64,000 nucleotides of DNA from positions 28,693 through 92,692 of the forward strand of contig CAWBMV010000014.1 of the NCBI GenBank assembly GCA_963789955.1, read 5' to 3'. The notes beneath the pieces were generated by a model. The model was given only the letters and a program-made list of their open reading frames with translations, searched no databases and was not told where the DNA came from. Positions 61,505-64,000 of the stretch are shown in pieces. Made by a program: the position numbers and the translations under genes. The DNA is from an uncultured Candidatus Rokubacteria bacterium (lineage in GTDB: Bacteria; Methylomirabilota; Methylomirabilia; Rokubacteriales; CSP1-6). Position 1 is the first letter of the stretch; every line of letters begins with the position of its first letter.

Positions 61505-61891
61505 TCAGGACGCGGACCTCTCGAGCACGGACTGAACGGCCTCCACGACGGCTGCCACTCGAAACGGCTTCTCGATGTAGAGCCACGCGCCGCGCCGACG
61601 CGATTCGTCCTCGTCGTCGCGCCCTCCGAACGCCGTGATGAAGATGATCGGCAATCGCGGACAGCGATGCCGGAAGAACGACAGGACGTCGAGCCCATTC
61701 ATTCCCGGCATTTCCTTGTCGAGGATCACGGCGTCGATGGGCTCGGACTCCGCGGCGACGATGCCCTCCTGGCCATTCGCGGCCTCGACGACACGATAGC
61801 CGCTGCGCTGAAGGAAGTCGCTCAGCACATGGCGCATGTCGGGATCGTCGTCGATCACGAGGACGGACGGAGGACTGTCCCTGCCCACCAT
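61505..61891 (-). CDS. Single-domain response regulator
   Basis: VLVIDDD, ILDKEMP, ITAFG, EKPF. Confidence 0.9.
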   Translation of the reverse strand: MVGRDSPPSVLVIDDDPDMRHVLSDFLQRSGYRVVEAANGQEGIVAAESEPIDAVILDKEMPGMNGLDVLSFFRHRCPRLPIIFITAFGGRDDEDESRRRGAWLYIEKPFRVAAVVEAVQSVLERSAS

Positions 61892-61911
61892 GAAGTCCGC
61901 TCATCGAGGTG

Positions 61912-61927
61912 TGCAACACGGATACCA
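61912..61927 (-). promoter_or_regulatory. sigma-54 promoter for the response regulator operon
   Basis: TGGTAT-CCGTG-TTGCA. Confidence 0.7.
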
Positions 61928-62014
61928 CCGGAACCGCTTCCTTGAACGCCCCGCGTTGCGCCCCTCGCCGAGGCCGGCCCAGAGATCCTCGATCAGGCTG
62001 GCGAGGTCACGGCG

Positions 62015-62048
62015 GCGACAGTCTGTCGTCGTGACGACGTCGTGTCGC
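62015..62048. promoter_or_regulatory. Tandem enhancer (UAS) palindromes between divergent sigma-54 promoters
   Basis: GCGACAgtcTGTCGT and ACGACGtcgTGTCGC, 19 bp start-to-start. Confidence 0.7.
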
Positions 62049-62113
62049 GTTTGGAATCCCGCGACCATCGAGGCGGCCACGGAATGTGAGCGATTCAGGC
62101 TTCGGTCGGCGCT

Positions 62114-62129
62114 TGGTATCAGCTTTGCT
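62114..62129 (+). promoter_or_regulatory. sigma-54 promoter for 62153
   Basis: TGGTAT-CAGCT-TTGCT. Confidence 0.7.
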
Positions 62130-62152
62130 CAGCGGCGCTGACAGGCTTACAG

Positions 62153-62350
62153 ATGACCACGGTTGAAAGCCTCGCCGTCTGGATCGCCCTGGCGTTCGCG
62201 TTGTGGCTGGCCATCACGCTCGCGTCGTACCTCCTTCGGCTGAGGGGAGCGGGTGTCGTCGCGGCAGTCCTGAGCTGGCTCATTGCTCGGGCCGCGATAT
62301 CGGTGGTTCCCCCATTGCTCCAGTGGCTCCAGAGCCATCTGCGCATATGA
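62153..62350 (+). CDS. Small hydrophobic protein (65 aa, two TM segments)
   Basis: Hydrophobic ORF directly after a sigma-54 promoter; weak RBS. Confidence 0.5.
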   Translation: MTTVESLAVWIALAFALWLAITLASYLLRLRGAGVVAAVLSWLIARAAISVVPPLLQWLQSHLRI

Positions 62351-62432
62351 CGACGGACTCGATCACCGCACCGCGTAGCCCGGGCGGCCGCGTCATTCCG
62401 GCGACGGGCTCGCCCTACCGGAGGCGAAAGAC

Positions 62433-63992
62433 ATGAGCAATCGAGCGCTTCGATCACTCGGATTCGTCGGTCTGGTCGGTGGGCTGTGGCTGGTGGGCAC
62501 GCTCCTCCCGGCGACACCAGCTCGGGCCGCCGGCCCGACCGGCGAAATCAAGTGGGGCGTACACGTCTCGCTGGCCACGACGTGGTTCGATCCGGCCGAA
62601 ACGCCGGGCATCATCACGCCCTTCATGATTCTCTACGCCCTCCACGACGCGATGGTGAAACCCATGCCCGGCAACCCGCTGGCGCCGAGTCTCGCGGAGT
62701 CGTGGAGCGTGTCGCCGGACGGGCTCGCCTACGAATTCGTGCTGCGCAAGGGAGTGCGATTCCACAACGGTGAGCCCGTCACCGCGGACGACGTCAAGTT
62801 TTCCTTCGAGCGCTATCGCGGCGCGGCGGCGACCAGCCTCAAGCAGCGGGTCAGCGGCGTCGATGTGATCGATCCCCGCCACGTCCGATTCCGCCTGAAA
62901 GAGCCGTGGCCGGACTTCATGACCTTCTACGGAACTCCGGCGACCGGCGCGGGATGGATCGTACCCAAGAAATACGTGCAGGCGGTCGGCGACGACGGAT
63001 TCAAGAAAGCCCCGATCGGCGCGGGACCCTATCGATTCGTCTCCTTCACACCCGGCGTCGAGCTGGTTCTGGAGGCGTTCGATCAGTACTGGCGCAAGGT
63101 GCCGCACGTGAAGCGCCTTGTCTTCAAGGTGATCCCGGACGAGGTGACACGGCTTGCCGCGCTCGAACGCGGAGAGGTCGACATCGTCTACTCGATCCGA
63201 GGGGAGCTCGCCAAGGAGCTGCAGCGAACGCCGGGCCTATCGCTGAGGCCGACCGTCATTCCCGCTCCGTTCTGGCTCGTGTTCCTCGATCAATGGGATC
63301 CCAAATCGCCCTGGCATGACCAACGGGTCCGGCTGGCCGTGAACGTCGCGATCGATCGCAATACGATCAACCAGGCCGAGACACTCGGCTTCTCGAAGAT
63401 CGCCGCGAGCATCATCCCGAGTAGCTTCGACTTCTTCTGGCAGCCGCCGCCATACGCCTTCGACCCGAGCAAGGCCAAGCAGCTCCTGGCGGCGGCGGGC
63501 TATCCGAACGGCTTCGACGCCGGCCATTACTATTGCGACGCGTCGTACTCGAATCTGGCCGAGGGCGCTGTGAACTACCTCGGCGCCATCGGGATCCGCA
63601 CGGACATCGTGCCACTCGAGCGCGCGGCATTCTTCGCGCAGTTCCGCGAGAAGAAGCTGAAGAACATCGTGCAGGTTGGCAGCGGAGCGTTCGGCAATGC
63701 CGCGACCCGAGTCGAAGCGTTCGTCGCCGCCGGCGGCGCGTACGTCTACGCGAGCTACCCGGATATCGACGGCCTGTTCCGTGAGCAGGCCGCGGACACC
63801 GACCGGCGCCGGCGCGAAGCGACGCTCCAGAAGGCGCAACAGCTCATGCACGAGAAAGCCATGTTCGCGCCGATCTGGGAGCTCGGCTTCCTGAACGGCG
63901 TCGGGCCGCGAGTCGCCGAGTCGGGACTCGGGTTGATCACGGGGCATGCCTACTCGGCGCCCTACGAGGATCTGACACTCAAGGCCAAGTGA
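62433..63992 (+). CDS. Family 5 ABC substrate-binding protein
   Basis: Signal peptide, WFDPAETPG, PSLAESW, VRFHNG, PIGAGPY. Confidence 0.93.
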   Translation: MSNRALRSLGFVGLVGGLWLVGTLLPATPARAAGPTGEIKWGVHVSLATTWFDPAETPGIITPFMILYALHDAMVKPMPGNPLAPSLAESWSVSPDGLAYEFVLRKGVRFHNGEPVTADDVKFSFERYRGAAATSLKQRVSGVDVIDPRHVRFRLKEPWPDFMTFYGTPATGAGWIVPKKYVQAVGDDGFKKAPIGAGPYRFVSFTPGVELVLEAFDQYWRKVPHVKRLVFKVIPDEVTRLAALERGEVDIVYSIRGELAKELQRTPGLSLRPTVIPAPFWLVFLDQWDPKSPWHDQRVRLAVNVAIDRNTINQAETLGFSKIAASIIPSSFDFFWQPPPYAFDPSKAKQLLAAAGYPNGFDAGHYYCDASYSNLAEGAVNYLGAIGIRTDIVPLERAAFFAQFREKKLKNIVQVGSGAFGNAATRVEAFVAAGGAYVYASYPDIDGLFREQAADTDRRRREATLQKAQQLMHEKAMFAPIWELGFLNGVGPRVAESGLGLITGHAYSAPYEDLTLKAK

Positions 63993-64000
63993 CATGTGGA

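Noticed and set aside
906..63995. Long antisense or alternate-frame ORFs (e.g. 1278..2888, 10131..12335, 15419..17347, 28567..30177, 45728..47494)
   Set aside because: Shadow ORFs typical of high-GC DNA. They are Arg/Ala/Pro-rich, lack motifs and overlap well-supported genes.
1..64000. CRISPR arrays, tRNA (including tRNA-Sec), rRNA, IS elements, prophage
   Set aside because: No repeat-spacer periodicity, cloverleaf, transposase, integrase or phage gene recognised by eye. A covariance-model search would be needed to exclude small RNAs.

Overview
High-GC bacterial window, gene-dense and dominated by catabolic and transport genes: amidohydrolases, LLM flavin oxidoreductases, molybdoenzymes and several ABC systems with Tat-signal binding proteins. 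The gene repertoire resembles Ca. Rokubacteria/Methylomirabilota; that assignment is an inference only. Roughly 25 single-base frameshifts break otherwise intact genes, which points to uncorrected long-read indels, so many ORF-track calls were rebuilt by hand. I found no rRNA, tRNA, CRISPR array or IS element. The main discovery is three hidden selenoprotein candidates that the ORF track splits in two. Each has an in-frame TGA exactly at a catalytic Cys position, followed by a SECIS-like hairpin: an OsmC-like protein (23581-24096), an AhpD/CMD-like CxxU protein (35503-36060) and a MerB-like organometallic lyase outside any mer operon (55068-55785, GGUC-loop hairpin). Other highlights are an arsR-arsI-arsK-like organoarsenical operon with a leaderless promoter and operator, and a sigma-54 two-component locus whose three -24/-12 promoters and two tandem GCGACA-N3-TGTCGC enhancer pairs can be read from the sequence. 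The window also holds a Zn-alcohol dehydrogenase with a remodelled metal site, tandem P460-like cytochromes, a hydrolase-cupin fusion and several gene remnants.
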